From positions 544,001 through 608,000 of the forward strand of contig JAUQPB010000001.1 in the NCBI GenBank assembly GCA_030550585.1: a DNA stretch of 64,000 nt, given 5' to 3'. Under the pieces are notes generated by a model. The model saw nothing but the letters and a program-made list of their open reading frames with translations, had not been told where the DNA came from and made no database searches. A program made the position numbers and the translations under genes. Positions 18,668-28,370 of this stretch are shown here, one piece after another (within the stretch, counting starts at the first letter, position 1; the number at the start of each line of letters is the position of its first letter). Source of the stretch: Thermoproteota archaeon (GTDB lineage Archaea; Thermoproteota; Thermoprotei_A; Sulfolobales; Ignisphaeraceae).

Positions 18668-19389
18668 TTAAATTGCTAAAGGTTGTTGTTGTTGGGATTG
18701 AAGGGGAGGCCAACCTAGGATTTATCATAAGGCTTTGCAGAAATTTTGATGTTGATGAACTGGCCCTAGTGTCTCCAATAGCCAATGTGTGGTCTGATGA
18801 AGTCAAAAGGTTTGCTGCAAACGGTATAGACTTCCTTCTAAGTGGCAGGGTGAAGATATACCAAAATCTAGAGGACAGTTTAAAGGATGTTGGTATAGCA
18901 GCGTGCACCTCATCAGTTGTAGACACTAAAAGTGGCGATGTGCTCAGAAAAGCTATTGAGCTCGAAGATTTCATCAAAATAGCGTCGGCTTACTCAAGCA
19001 TTGCGGTAGTATTCGGAAGAGAGAGTGTTGGTTTGACACGAGAAGAGATAGCAAAGTGCCATATTCTTGTTCATATTGCGTCAAATCCAGAGTACCCTGT
19101 GCTGAATCTTAGCCACGCAGTAGCAATTATTTTGTACGAGCTTTATAAAGGATTGAAAAAACCCTCCCTCATAGAGAAAATCGATAGAGCAGATGAGGAA
19201 AGTCTAAAAATAGCAGAGAAGTATATAGATGTGTTGGCAAAATCGGTTGCAAGTGATGAGAGACAATATGAGATGTTTTCTCTAACACTCAAAAGACTCA
19301 TTAGAAAAGCTCCGCTATCAAAAGCTGAAATAGGTTTTCTAGTAACATTTATAAGGAGGTTGGCAAACAAAATACAGAAACAAGAGTAG
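18664..19389 (+). CDS. trmJ: TrmJ-family SPOUT tRNA methyltransferase
   Basis: NLGFIIRLCRNF, VFGRESVGL, YPVLNLSHAV. Confidence 0.9.
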   Translation: MIKLLKVVVVGIEGEANLGFIIRLCRNFDVDELALVSPIANVWSDEVKRFAANGIDFLLSGRVKIYQNLEDSLKDVGIAACTSSVVDTKSGDVLRKAIELEDFIKIASAYSSIAVVFGRESVGLTREEIAKCHILVHIASNPEYPVLNLSHAVAIILYELYKGLKKPSLIEKIDRADEESLKIAEKYIDVLAKSVASDERQYEMFSLTLKRLIRKAPLSKAEIGFLVTFIRRLANKIQKQE

Positions 19390-19404
19390 CTGGGGGTTTG
19401 AGGA

Positions 19405-19911
19405 ATGCCCCAAAAACCGGCTAGGTGCTATACCAATCAGAGAAAGCCTCCATATACTAGAAAAGAGTATATTCATGGAATCCCACCCCCAAAAATAACA
19501 AAGTTTGTAATGGGAAACACAAAACTCAACGCTGAGGTAGTAGCAGTTCTCAAAGCGATGGAAAGAGGTGTTATAAGGCATAATGCATTAGAAGCTGCAA
19601 GAGTAATTGCCCACAAGTTCCTTAGCGGCGAGATTGGCGAGCAGAACTTTGTTTTAATAATAAGGAAGTATCCTCACCAAGTGTTAAGAGAGCATAAGAT
19701 GATGGCGTTTGCCGGAGCAGACAGGCTTCAAGAAGGTATGAGAAGAGCTTTTGGAAAGCCGGTTGGTGTTGGAGCTGTGGTAGAACCTCTGGATGAGCTA
19801 ATAGAGATTAGGGGTCTGGCACAACATACGGAGTTGTTAAAGGAGGCACTTAGAAGAGCGTCGTCAAAGCTTCCTGTTAGATGTACTATAGAGATAAGGC
19901 GGCTGAAGTAG
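19405..19911 (+). CDS. rpl10e: 50S ribosomal protein L10e/uL16
   Basis: PARCY, REHKMMAFAGADRLQEGMRRAFGKP. Confidence 0.97.
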   Translation: MPQKPARCYTNQRKPPYTRKEYIHGIPPPKITKFVMGNTKLNAEVVAVLKAMERGVIRHNALEAARVIAHKFLSGEIGEQNFVLIIRKYPHQVLREHKMMAFAGADRLQEGMRRAFGKPVGVGAVVEPLDELIEIRGLAQHTELLKEALRRASSKLPVRCTIEIRRLK

Positions 19912-19918
19912 CAAAGCC

Positions 19919-20908
19919 ATGAGTTTTTGTAATGACTATGACTTTGAAATAGATAATATAGTTAAATTTATTGAGGAGAATAAAGCTAGGAAAATTCTTT
20001 TGCAGATGCCAGAAGGGCTACAAGTATGCTCATCACTTATTGTAGATTCTTTAAAGAACAGGCTTGGCGATTCGATAGAGATATATCTCTCGCTGAATCC
20101 ATCGTACGGTTCTTGCCTTGTTGACGAATATGGCGCTTCTGAGATTGGAGCTGATGTGGTTATTCATATTGGGCATGATGAATATCCATTATACAAGCCT
20201 AGAAAGCCTACTCTATTTATACGAGGCGACTACAAGAAGATCGATAAAGAAAAAATTAGAGAAACGTTAAAAAGTATATGCAATGAATATCCGCAACCAG
20301 TTTGTGTTGCGTCAACGGCTCAACATATTAAAGAATTAAATGGTATTTTAAATAATATAGATGCTTGTAGCACATTGTTCAAAGGGATTATACTGGGCTG
20401 TGTTCCCGCAGATACAAAAGAATGTGGTATTGATGTTATTGTTGCCGGCGGCAGGTTCCATTGTATTGCTCAAGCACTCAACAACTATTCGAAATATGGA
20501 CGCGCAAAAACCATTTGCATAGATCCCTATACTAATATTGTTTGGAATCCAGAGAAGGAGGTTGAAAAAATTTTGCGTGTTAGACTATGGAAAGTTAGGG
20601 AGGCATTTGATGCTAGGAAATGGCTTATAATCGACGGCTTTTATGGGCAACATAGACAAAGTGTAGTTGATCTGATAACAAACGAAATAAAGAAGCGTGG
20701 TATGGGCTATCTAATTGTTAAGGCGCTGAAGATTGACAGAAGTCTTCTAGACAATATATATGCAGGTGAAGGCTTTGACGCTGTTGCAGTTGTTGCATGT
20801 CCACACATAGCGTTTGATTTGATGGATTATAGCAGACCTGTACTAACAGTGGGAGAGGCTTTGATGGCTCTACACAAGGATATTACTAGGTATAGATATC
20901 CATGGTAG
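19919..20908 (+). CDS. dph2: Diphthamide biosynthesis radical-SAM enzyme Dph2
   Basis: LQMPEGL; three cluster Cys in YGSC, ILGC, ACP. Confidence 0.88.
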   Translation: MSFCNDYDFEIDNIVKFIEENKARKILLQMPEGLQVCSSLIVDSLKNRLGDSIEIYLSLNPSYGSCLVDEYGASEIGADVVIHIGHDEYPLYKPRKPTLFIRGDYKKIDKEKIRETLKSICNEYPQPVCVASTAQHIKELNGILNNIDACSTLFKGIILGCVPADTKECGIDVIVAGGRFHCIAQALNNYSKYGRAKTICIDPYTNIVWNPEKEVEKILRVRLWKVREAFDARKWLIIDGFYGQHRQSVVDLITNEIKKRGMGYLIVKALKIDRSLLDNIYAGEGFDAVAVVACPHIAFDLMDYSRPVLTVGEALMALHKDITRYRYPW

Positions 20909-21546
20909 TGAGAACCAAGAAAGAGCTGGAGATGTTGCTGAACCAAACACCCCCTTTTCCAAGACCAAAACAATTTTTAGAGCAGTATCTGTGTGATAGC
21001 AGAATTGCTAGCGAAATGCTTTGGAATGCCTACATATCTGGTGACATAAGGGATAAGATCGTTGCTGATCTGGGTTGCGGCACCGGGATGCTTGCGTACG
21101 GAGCTCTAATTCTCGGCTCTAAAGAAGTGATATGCATAGATATTGACTGTGAGGCCATTCTAACTGCAAAAAACTTTTTGTCTAGCAAAAACCTTTTTAA
21201 TGCTAGTTTCATATGCGCTGATGTAAACGTGTTGAGCCTGAGGGCTGTGGATACAATAGTTATGAATCCCCCATTTGGTGTTTATAGACAAAAATCGGAT
21301 ATGCAGTTTTTGGAAAGTGCATTGAGATTAAGGCCTAGAGCCATATACACAATACATAAATACTCTCAAAAGCTATTTAATATTATAAAAAGTAAGTTGG
21401 ATATGCGTGAAGATGATTTTAAGATGTTGCCACTGCTTTTAGATAACATGATTATTCACGCATCATATGGTCACCATAGGAAACGCGTACATAGGTTCCG
21501 CATAATTGTGCTAAAAATTAAAAGAGAGGTGGAAGCACATGGATAA
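20902..21546 (+). CDS. METTL5-like N6-adenine RNA methyltransferase
   Basis: LEQY, DLGCGTG, MNPPFG. Confidence 0.88.
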   Translation: MVVRTKKELEMLLNQTPPFPRPKQFLEQYLCDSRIASEMLWNAYISGDIRDKIVADLGCGTGMLAYGALILGSKEVICIDIDCEAILTAKNFLSSKNLFNASFICADVNVLSLRAVDTIVMNPPFGVYRQKSDMQFLESALRLRPRAIYTIHKYSQKLFNIIKSKLDMREDDFKMLPLLLDNMIIHASYGHHRKRVHRFRIIVLKIKREVEAHG

Positions 21547-22102
21547 CAAAATCGTGGTTCCAGGAGAATTCTTGTGTACAGAAGAGGAGTTCATGGCGTA
21601 TACCGGCACCTATGTAGAGGAAGGCATAATAAGAGCTGTTGTCATGGGCCGTCCAGTGTTTGACCTAATCAATAGAAGGGTATACATAAAACCTGTAAAG
21701 GATGTTAAAATACCGAAAAGCGGGGATGTTGTAATAGGTCTTGTGGAGCAGATGAGAGATGAAATTGCTATGATAAGGCTTTTAGGATATGATGTAAATA
21801 AGCCGTTTAAACATGAGTTTAGGGGCGTGCTGCACATCTCACAAGCATCGAATTCTAGGATCCAGAGTTTATATGATGTTATCAGAATTGGTGATATAAT
21901 AAGGGTGAAGATACTTAATAGCTATATACCATATGTTGTAACAGCCAAAGATGTGAAACTAGGTGTTATAGCAGCATATTGCTCTAGATGTGGAGCTCCA
22001 CTAGTGAAGGAGAAAAACAGTGATGCTCTAAGATGCAGCAGTTGTGGAAATGTTGAGACAAGAAAAATAGCACCAGATTACATGTTCACTAATAAAAGGT
22101 GA
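21539..22102 (+). CDS. csl4: Exosome subunit Csl4
   Basis: VVPGE...EEEF, S1 domain, C-terminal Zn ribbon CSRCG..CSSCG..ETRK. Confidence 0.94.
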   Translation: MDNKIVVPGEFLCTEEEFMAYTGTYVEEGIIRAVVMGRPVFDLINRRVYIKPVKDVKIPKSGDVVIGLVEQMRDEIAMIRLLGYDVNKPFKHEFRGVLHISQASNSRIQSLYDVIRIGDIIRVKILNSYIPYVVTAKDVKLGVIAAYCSRCGAPLVKEKNSDALRCSSCGNVETRKIAPDYMFTNKR

Positions 22103-22106
22103 TCTT

Positions 22107-22721
22107 ATGGGTGGGGTTTTCATAGAGAGAACATTTTCATATTCTTGTCCGTCAAGAACCTTGTGCCTAGAGCTTTTAGAAAAAATAGATGAGGAGTTAT
22201 CTCTAGAAGCAGAATTGTTTGCAGAACTGAAGCACGATAAAATTGTTTTTAGAGTAGTGGGTCTAGAACCATATGTAGAATCGGCCATAAAAAAGATTAG
22301 AGAGTACATATCACAGTTTATGATGATAAAATCGATTAACCCACGAAATGGGGTATCGGCTGAGCAATTGGCGAAGCTAGTGCGTAGAACAATACCACTA
22401 GATGTTTTGGCAGAGGTTTTGCGAAGGCAGGGGGTACGAAACATTATTTTGAGAGGTTCTATAATCTATGCAGACACGGATTTAGAAACTATCGAGATGT
22501 TTGCACAGCACATAGCAAAAGCTTTTGACAGGGTTTCTAATGCTGGGTACTCATATAATTTGAAAAAATTGATTGTAGCTGCAGTTGCTCTCTACAATAT
22601 TGGAGAGTCTGAGGTGCTCGACATGTTAAGCGAAATAAATGCTATTGATGATAAGTTGGAGCTTAAGGTGCCGTGGCAAGAAGCGTTAAAATACATTGAA
22701 GAAAGACTTATTTCGACTTAA
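22107..22721 (+). CDS. Conserved archaeal protein (DUF2067-like)
   Basis: Conserved position between csl4 and rpoL; IPLDVLAEVL. Confidence 0.65.
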   Translation: MGGVFIERTFSYSCPSRTLCLELLEKIDEELSLEAELFAELKHDKIVFRVVGLEPYVESAIKKIREYISQFMMIKSINPRNGVSAEQLAKLVRRTIPLDVLAEVLRRQGVRNIILRGSIIYADTDLETIEMFAQHIAKAFDRVSNAGYSYNLKKLIVAAVALYNIGESEVLDMLSEINAIDDKLELKVPWQEALKYIEERLIST

Positions 22722-22782
22722 AAAATATAAGCTTTGATTATGCTGTGAAATTATATCTTAAGCTAGTTAAATGGTGATTTAA

Positions 22783-23091
22783 TTGCCTATACGTTTAGAG
22801 CTAAAAAAGCTTACTGATAGAGAACTGAGGGTGGTTATCTATGATGAGGATAAGCACTCTTTGCCAAATCTATTATCGAAGCTTGCCTTGAAAAAACCTG
22901 GAGTGGTTTACGCAGCATACATGATTGAGCATCCAATAACGTCCTACCCAGAGGTTGTCATAGTGACTGATGGTAGCAGAAAACCGCTGGAGATATTCGA
23001 AGAGGTTGTCCAAGATGCGCAGAAACTTGTTGAAGAGTTTTCTCTAAAGCTTGAAGAGGCCTTGAAAAATGCAACTAAAGAAAGAAAGTAG
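22783..23091 (+). CDS. rpoL: RNA polymerase subunit Rpo11 (RpoL)
   Basis: EDKHSLPNLL, AAYMIEHP. Confidence 0.92.
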   Translation: MPIRLELKKLTDRELRVVIYDEDKHSLPNLLSKLALKKPGVVYAAYMIEHPITSYPEVVIVTDGSRKPLEIFEEVVQDAQKLVEEFSLKLEEALKNATKERK

Positions 23092-23421
23092 AATTTTTGT
23101 AGTTGACGCTCTAGACGATGAGATCATAGGATTTGTTATAAGAGGTTTGATAGGCATAGAAGATGCTGTCATATTCAAGGATTGCGATGCACTAGAAAAT
23201 TTTTAAAGAGTAAGCGGGGTCTTGCAGGAGAGATAAACTATATAATTGATTTGACGGGCAAATGCCAGTACAAGTCTGTTTCAATTGGGAGAATCATAAA
23301 AATTGATGACATTGAGGATGATCAGTTACGAAATGTTGTAAACAATGTCATTGATGTTATAAAACTTATAAAGGTAAGGCTTTTAGTAATGAAAACAGTT
23401 CTTAGTTTGGGAGATGATTAA
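23069..23421 (+). CDS. Hypothetical gene split by a -1 frameshift (programmed, mutated or assembly error)
   Basis: Frame 0 ATG23069..TAA23206 (45 aa, MQLKKESRIFVVD...DALENF) overlaps rpoL end; -1 frame continues to 23421; junction A-AAT-TTT 23197-23203. Confidence 0.6.
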
Positions 23422-23463
23422 GGTTTTAAGATCTGACAACTGATGAAAAACCCACGCTATGAT
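23413..23463 (+). ncRNA. Candidate box C/D sRNA
   Basis: ATGATTA-12nt-CTGA-caac-TGATGA-12nt-ATGA, between convergent stop codons. Confidence 0.6.
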
Positions 23464-24920
23464 CCGGTGTTTTTCATCTTATCAAGCATACTTAATATAA
23501 TCTCTCTTACGAGTTGGGGATCAGCTCTTCCACCAGTTTTCTTCATAACAAGGCCAATGAGATAATTTATAGCCTTTGGATTCTCTAAAGCATCTTGAAC
23601 AGCCTTTGGACTTTCTCTAAACACCTCTTCAACAACGCTCTTAAGATATTCCTTATCAGCTAGTCTTGTATAGCCAGATGATTTAACATAGTCTTCAACA
23701 TCAATGCCATCTCTTATTATCTGTGGCAACAGTTCTTTGACCATTTTAACTGAAAGTGTTCCCTCATCCCACAGCCTCAAAAGTTTGACTATCTGCAATG
23801 GGTCTAGCCTCAAGTTTTTATAGTCGATATTGAATTCATTTATCCATCTGAGAAAATCTGTTATGAGTAAATCAGCCAACTTTTTGTATTTGTCGTAGTG
23901 CTTGGCACACGTCTCAAATAAGTCGGCAAGCCATTTGTTTAGAACTAGGACGGTTGCTCTATATTCATCTAGGCTATACTGCTTCATAAATCTATCTATT
24001 CTTTCGTCTGGTAGCTCTGGAAGAGACTTTGTTATTTGTTCTATGAGTTCCTTGCTTATCCTTAGAGGGGGCAGATCAGGGTCCGGGAAATATCTATAGT
24101 CCTCTTCAAATTCTTTAGATCTTAAAGATATGGTCACCCCTTTATTAGAATCCCAATGCCTGGTCTCTCTTTCTATCTTCCCCCCTCCTGCAATAATTCT
24201 CCTCTGTCTAACAATTTCATAGGTTAAAGCCTTTTCAACATCCCTTATAGACCCAATATTCTTTATTTCAACTCTTCCAAACCCCTCAAAAGAAATATTT
24301 GCATCAACTCTGAAGGCCCCTTCAAGCCCTGGGTCTGTAACTCCTAGGTATTCTAGTATTGCTATGAGCTTCTCTAGGAATATTCTAGCCTCTTTTGGAC
24401 TTTCAATATCTGGCTCTGTAACAATTTCCAAAAGTGCTACACCAGATCTATTATAATCTATGAGACTATATGGACTTGTCTCAATACTTCCTAAATATAC
24501 GATTCTCCCCGGATCCTCCTCAATATTGATCCTTCTAATCCTTACAATTTTTGGCTTTCCATCCACTATTATCTTTACATAGCCATTTTTAGCAATTGGG
24601 GCGAAGCCCGGCCCTATATACTGAGAGATCTGATAGTTCTTAGGGAGATCTGGGTAGAAATAGTGCTTTCTCACAAACATTAATCTATCGCTTATTTCAC
24701 AGTTCAGCGCTTTGGCAACAGCAATAGCATATTCAACAGCTTTTCTGTTCACTGTAGGCAGGGTTCCAGGAAGCCCTAAGCAAACAGGGCATACATGTGT
24801 GTTCGGCTTCTTCTCTCTATAATCAGCTGAGGTCGCGCAAAACAGCTTTGTCTTCAACTTTGTTAACTGCACATGGATCTCAAGACCTATAATTGTTTTT
24901 AGAGTCTGGTTGCTGCTCAT
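23457..24920 (-). CDS. gatB: Asp/Glu-tRNA amidotransferase subunit B
   Basis: IGLEIHVQL, YFYPDLPKNYQISQ, DYRYFPDPDLPP. Confidence 0.97.
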   Translation of the reverse strand: MSSNQTLKTIIGLEIHVQLTKLKTKLFCATSADYREKKPNTHVCPVCLGLPGTLPTVNRKAVEYAIAVAKALNCEISDRLMFVRKHYFYPDLPKNYQISQYIGPGFAPIAKNGYVKIIVDGKPKIVRIRRINIEEDPGRIVYLGSIETSPYSLIDYNRSGVALLEIVTEPDIESPKEARIFLEKLIAILEYLGVTDPGLEGAFRVDANISFEGFGRVEIKNIGSIRDVEKALTYEIVRQRRIIAGGGKIERETRHWDSNKGVTISLRSKEFEEDYRYFPDPDLPPLRISKELIEQITKSLPELPDERIDRFMKQYSLDEYRATVLVLNKWLADLFETCAKHYDKYKKLADLLITDFLRWINEFNIDYKNLRLDPLQIVKLLRLWDEGTLSVKMVKELLPQIIRDGIDVEDYVKSSGYTRLADKEYLKSVVEEVFRESPKAVQDALENPKAINYLIGLVMKKTGGRADPQLVREIILSMLDKMKNTGS

Positions 24921-24928
24921 AACCCCAC

Positions 24929-26401
24929 CTAAGGCTGCGCCAAAATGTCTCTAAAGCCAGTTCTATCCTCTAGTTGTTTAGCTACATACAATAGCAATGG
25001 CTCGGAGAACTGTTTCGCCATTGCTTGTAGCCCTACTGGAAGACCATTATAGAAGTCCACTGGAATGCTAATTGCAGGTATGCCAACAAGATTCGCTGCT
25101 ACGGTATTTACATCTGCTAGGTAGATTCTCAATGGATCCTTAAAAAATTCGCCTAGTCTAGGTGGTAAAATTGGCATTGTAGGGCTTACAACAATGTCGT
25201 GGTCCTTGAATATTTGATCGAATCTCTCCTTGAGAACTCTTCTCAATTTTAGAGCTCTAATATAGTACATGTCTCGGTAACCAGCGCTAAGTATGTATGC
25301 TCCTATGGCAATTCTCTTTCTAACTTCATAGCCGAAACCCTTTGTCCTAACCTCTGTGAAAGCTTCGTCCCAGCTCCTATTGGTAAAATCTATCTTCATA
25401 CCATATCTAACCCCATCAAATCTTGCAAGATTCGAGCTGGCCTCAGCCATTGCAATAATGTAGTATGCGGCGATTATTTGTTTTGAGAATGGCAATGAAA
25501 TTTCTTGGCATTCGTGGTACGAGCATAGCAAATCCACGGCTTTAGTAGCCGCTTTTTTAACAGGTTCTTCAGATCCCTCGAAAAATTCCTTTATAATACC
25601 TATTCTAAGTTTAGGCTCTTTGTGATAGAGTTTATACAGCTCTTGAACATAGTCAACGCTTTGTACAAAGGGTACAGAAGTTGAATCGCGAGGGTCGTGA
25701 CCAGCTATAACACTTAGCAAAATCGCTAAATCAACCACGTTTCGGGCCATCGGACCTATCTGATCCATGCTACTGGCATAAGCTATTAATCCATATCTGC
25801 TAACCAGGCCGTATGTCGGCTTCAAACCATAAACTCCGCAAAAGGATGCAGGATTTCTTATAGAACCCCCAGTATCGGATCCTAATGCAAGAGGGGCTTC
25901 TCCAGATGCTAATGCAGTAGCGCTGCCCCCAGAGGATCCGCCAGGAACTCTTGTCGTATCCCAAGGATTTTTGGTGGGGTAAAAAGCGCTTGTCTCTGTG
26001 GTAGAGCCCATGGCAAATTCATCCATGTTTGTCTTGCCTATTATTATACCACCTTCTCTCATTATTTTCTCAACAACTGTGGCATTATATGGAGGAACAT
26101 AGTTTTCAAGCATCTTCGAGGCGCAAGTTGTTCTAATACCTTTGGTTGAGATGTTATCCTTAACAGCTATCGGTATTCCAAAAAGCTTTAGGTTGTCAAT
26201 TCTATGCTTGTTTTCCTTGATCAGATTTTCTACATATCTATCTAAAGTCTCTTGTGGTATGATGGTAATAAAGGACTGGATTTTGTTTTCAACTCTTTTT
26301 ATATTATCGTATAAAGAATCGAGATAGTCAAAAACCTTTGATGGATCTATCTTAAACTCTTCAACAAGTTTGTGGACAGGCATCGACAGATATTTACTCA
26401 T
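24929..26401 (-). CDS. gatA: Amidotransferase subunit A
   Basis: KDNI, PGGSSGGS, GSDTGGSIR, SSNLARFDG. Confidence 0.97.
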   Translation of the reverse strand: MSKYLSMPVHKLVEEFKIDPSKVFDYLDSLYDNIKRVENKIQSFITIIPQETLDRYVENLIKENKHRIDNLKLFGIPIAVKDNISTKGIRTTCASKMLENYVPPYNATVVEKIMREGGIIIGKTNMDEFAMGSTTETSAFYPTKNPWDTTRVPGGSSGGSATALASGEAPLALGSDTGGSIRNPASFCGVYGLKPTYGLVSRYGLIAYASSMDQIGPMARNVVDLAILLSVIAGHDPRDSTSVPFVQSVDYVQELYKLYHKEPKLRIGIIKEFFEGSEEPVKKAATKAVDLLCSYHECQEISLPFSKQIIAAYYIIAMAEASSNLARFDGVRYGMKIDFTNRSWDEAFTEVRTKGFGYEVRKRIAIGAYILSAGYRDMYYIRALKLRRVLKERFDQIFKDHDIVVSPTMPILPPRLGEFFKDPLRIYLADVNTVAANLVGIPAISIPVDFYNGLPVGLQAMAKQFSEPLLLYVAKQLEDRTGFRDILAQP

Positions 26402-26403
26402 TT

Positions 26404-26706
26404 TTATGCACCAACAGTTTTGGGGGCTTTAACGTAGTCGTTCTCTAGAATGGCATTATCCTTGAGTAGCTCATGATTCTCGTCAATGGCATCCAATACC
26501 TCATCTTCTCTCAGAGGCAGCTCTATCTCAACAACATGATATAGTGGCTCAACATTGTCAAGACCTTCAACCTTCATAACCTCATTGAATAGTTCTATCA
26601 CTTTTTTAATCTCTTCATAAACCCTCTTTTTCTCTTCCTCATTAAACTTAATAAGCGTTAATCGCTCCAAATACTCTAAAATATTGCTATCGCTTGAGCT
26701 CAACAA
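26404..26706 (-). CDS. gatC: Amidotransferase subunit C
   Basis: VEPLYH, LRED, YVKAPK; upstream of gatA. Confidence 0.92.
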   Translation of the reverse strand: MLSSSDSNILEYLERLTLIKFNEEEKKRVYEEIKKVIELFNEVMKVEGLDNVEPLYHVVEIELPLREDEVLDAIDENHELLKDNAILENDYVKAPKTVGA

Positions 26707-26769
26707 ATATACACCCTTAGTCTAGGCTAGATATAACACTATTTTAGTCTAAAAATCTATTTAAGAACC

Positions 26770-27234
26770 TTGAAAATATGGTGCAAGTCCACGAAGCCTG
26801 AAGAAGTTATAGAATCTTTGAAGAACTTCTTAGAGAATGATACAATAGTATTTACCGCAGTTGAAGAAGCAAATACTCTAGGCTATAACGTAATACAATT
26901 TTTAATTGGTCTAGACATAGATGGTGTATCTAGTTATGTGGTATTTCAATATACCCCATTAGCTGATGAGCTAATTCCAATAGCTCTCATAGTAGAGTTC
27001 AACGACGCTCTTTCCAAAGAAATCAATTTTAACTCTATAGCAGGTCTTGTAATGGATTCTGGTGGATTTATATTTGGCTCGGGAGAGGCGACAGGAATTC
27101 TATTTCCACTATCAAGTATAGATGACGTTAAAAAGGCTTTGAATAGTGTTCTGCCCACACTTATATCAAAGCTTTTTAACAAAGTCGTTAGAGTTGTTAT
27201 TAATGGGTACAAACTAGATTACATTCAGATATAA
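26770..27234 (+). CDS. Hypothetical protein
   Basis: 154-aa ORF filling the gap, divergent from gatC. Confidence 0.65.
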   Translation: MKIWCKSTKPEEVIESLKNFLENDTIVFTAVEEANTLGYNVIQFLIGLDIDGVSSYVVFQYTPLADELIPIALIVEFNDALSKEINFNSIAGLVMDSGGFIFGSGEATGILFPLSSIDDVKKALNSVLPTLISKLFNKVVRVVINGYKLDYIQI

Positions 27235-27320
27235 CCCTGCTTATGACCGCCAATCACTGTTTTTATAACTCATTAAAAAATTTTAATCTTCTGCATAAAT
27301 CAGGCTATAAGTGATACAAG

Positions 27321-28310
27321 ATGGTTGACATATTATTTTTGAATGCTAACGAAATTGAGAAAATTATCGATATAAAGAGGGTTATAGAGTTAGTTGAGGT
27401 AGCGTTTAAGGAAAAGGGTTTGAAGAGAGTTCAGATGCCTCCTAAAACATACCTGTTTTTCACAAAGTACGATGGAGATTTAAGAACAATGCCAGCCTAT
27501 TTAGAGTCCCTAGATATAGCAGCTGTGAAGGTGGTTAATTCCCATCCGAAGAATTCACAAAGATATGGATTGCCTACTGTAATGGCTGTAATAATATTGG
27601 TCGAACCACACTCAGGAAGACCTCTTGCCATAATGGATGGAACTGTTATAACTAGGTATAGGACAGGGGCGGCAGTTGCTATAGCAACAAAGTATTTGTG
27701 GGGGATGAAGGAGGCTCATGTAGGACTTATTGGAGCAGGTTCTGTGGCTACACACTCCCTTGAGGCATTGGTGCACGTGGTTAAAGTACGTTCTGTAGCG
27801 ATATATGACATCGATTATGAAAAGGCTGCTAAGCTAGCGCAAAACGTTCAGAACAGATATGGTATAGAGTCGAGAGCTGTTAAATCTCCCTATGAAGCTG
27901 TAAAAGAAGCTGAAGTCATAGTAACTGCAACACCTTCGAGAAGCCCTATTATAAAGAATGAGTGGGTAAGAGAGGGTATTCATATAAATGCTATGGGTGC
28001 TGATGCACCGGGCAAAGAAGAGTTAGATCCACTCATATTAAAGAGAGCTAAAATAGTTGTTGACGACTATGACCAAGCTATACATAGTGGGGAAATCAAT
28101 GTACCTATATCATCAGGTCTTCTAAAACCGAGTGATATATATGCCGAACTCGGTGAAATAGTTGCTGGATTGAAGAAGGGCAGGGAATCAGATGAAGAGA
28201 TAACGGTGTTTACCTCAACTGGGCTGGCTATACAAGATGCTATAACAGCTTGGTACATATATAATGAGGCTATCAAGAAGGGTGTTGGAACAACCCTAAA
28301 ACTTTTGTAA
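27321..28310 (+). CDS. ala: Alanine dehydrogenase (ornithine cyclodeaminase/mu-crystallin family)
   Basis: MPPKTYL, GDLRTMPAYL, KVVNSHP, GAG, GADAPGKEE, STGLAIQD. Confidence 0.88.
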   Translation: MVDILFLNANEIEKIIDIKRVIELVEVAFKEKGLKRVQMPPKTYLFFTKYDGDLRTMPAYLESLDIAAVKVVNSHPKNSQRYGLPTVMAVIILVEPHSGRPLAIMDGTVITRYRTGAAVAIATKYLWGMKEAHVGLIGAGSVATHSLEALVHVVKVRSVAIYDIDYEKAAKLAQNVQNRYGIESRAVKSPYEAVKEAEVIVTATPSRSPIIKNEWVREGIHINAMGADAPGKEELDPLILKRAKIVVDDYDQAIHSGEINVPISSGLLKPSDIYAELGEIVAGLKKGRESDEEITVFTSTGLAIQDAITAWYIYNEAIKKGVGTTLKLL

Positions 28311-28313
28311 ACG

Positions 28314-28370
28314 TATCAGATAAAGGAATTCCAATCATATATTCTCATGAGGGGTGGAGTATCATCATCT
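28314..28370 (-). ncRNA. Box C/D sRNA, dual guide to 16S rRNA
   Basis: Minus strand ATGATGA-tactccacccctc-ATGA-gaatat-ATGATTG-gaattcctttat-CTGA; guides complementary to AGGGGUGGAG and UAAAGGAAUU of the recalled crenarchaeal 16S consensus. Confidence 0.82.
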
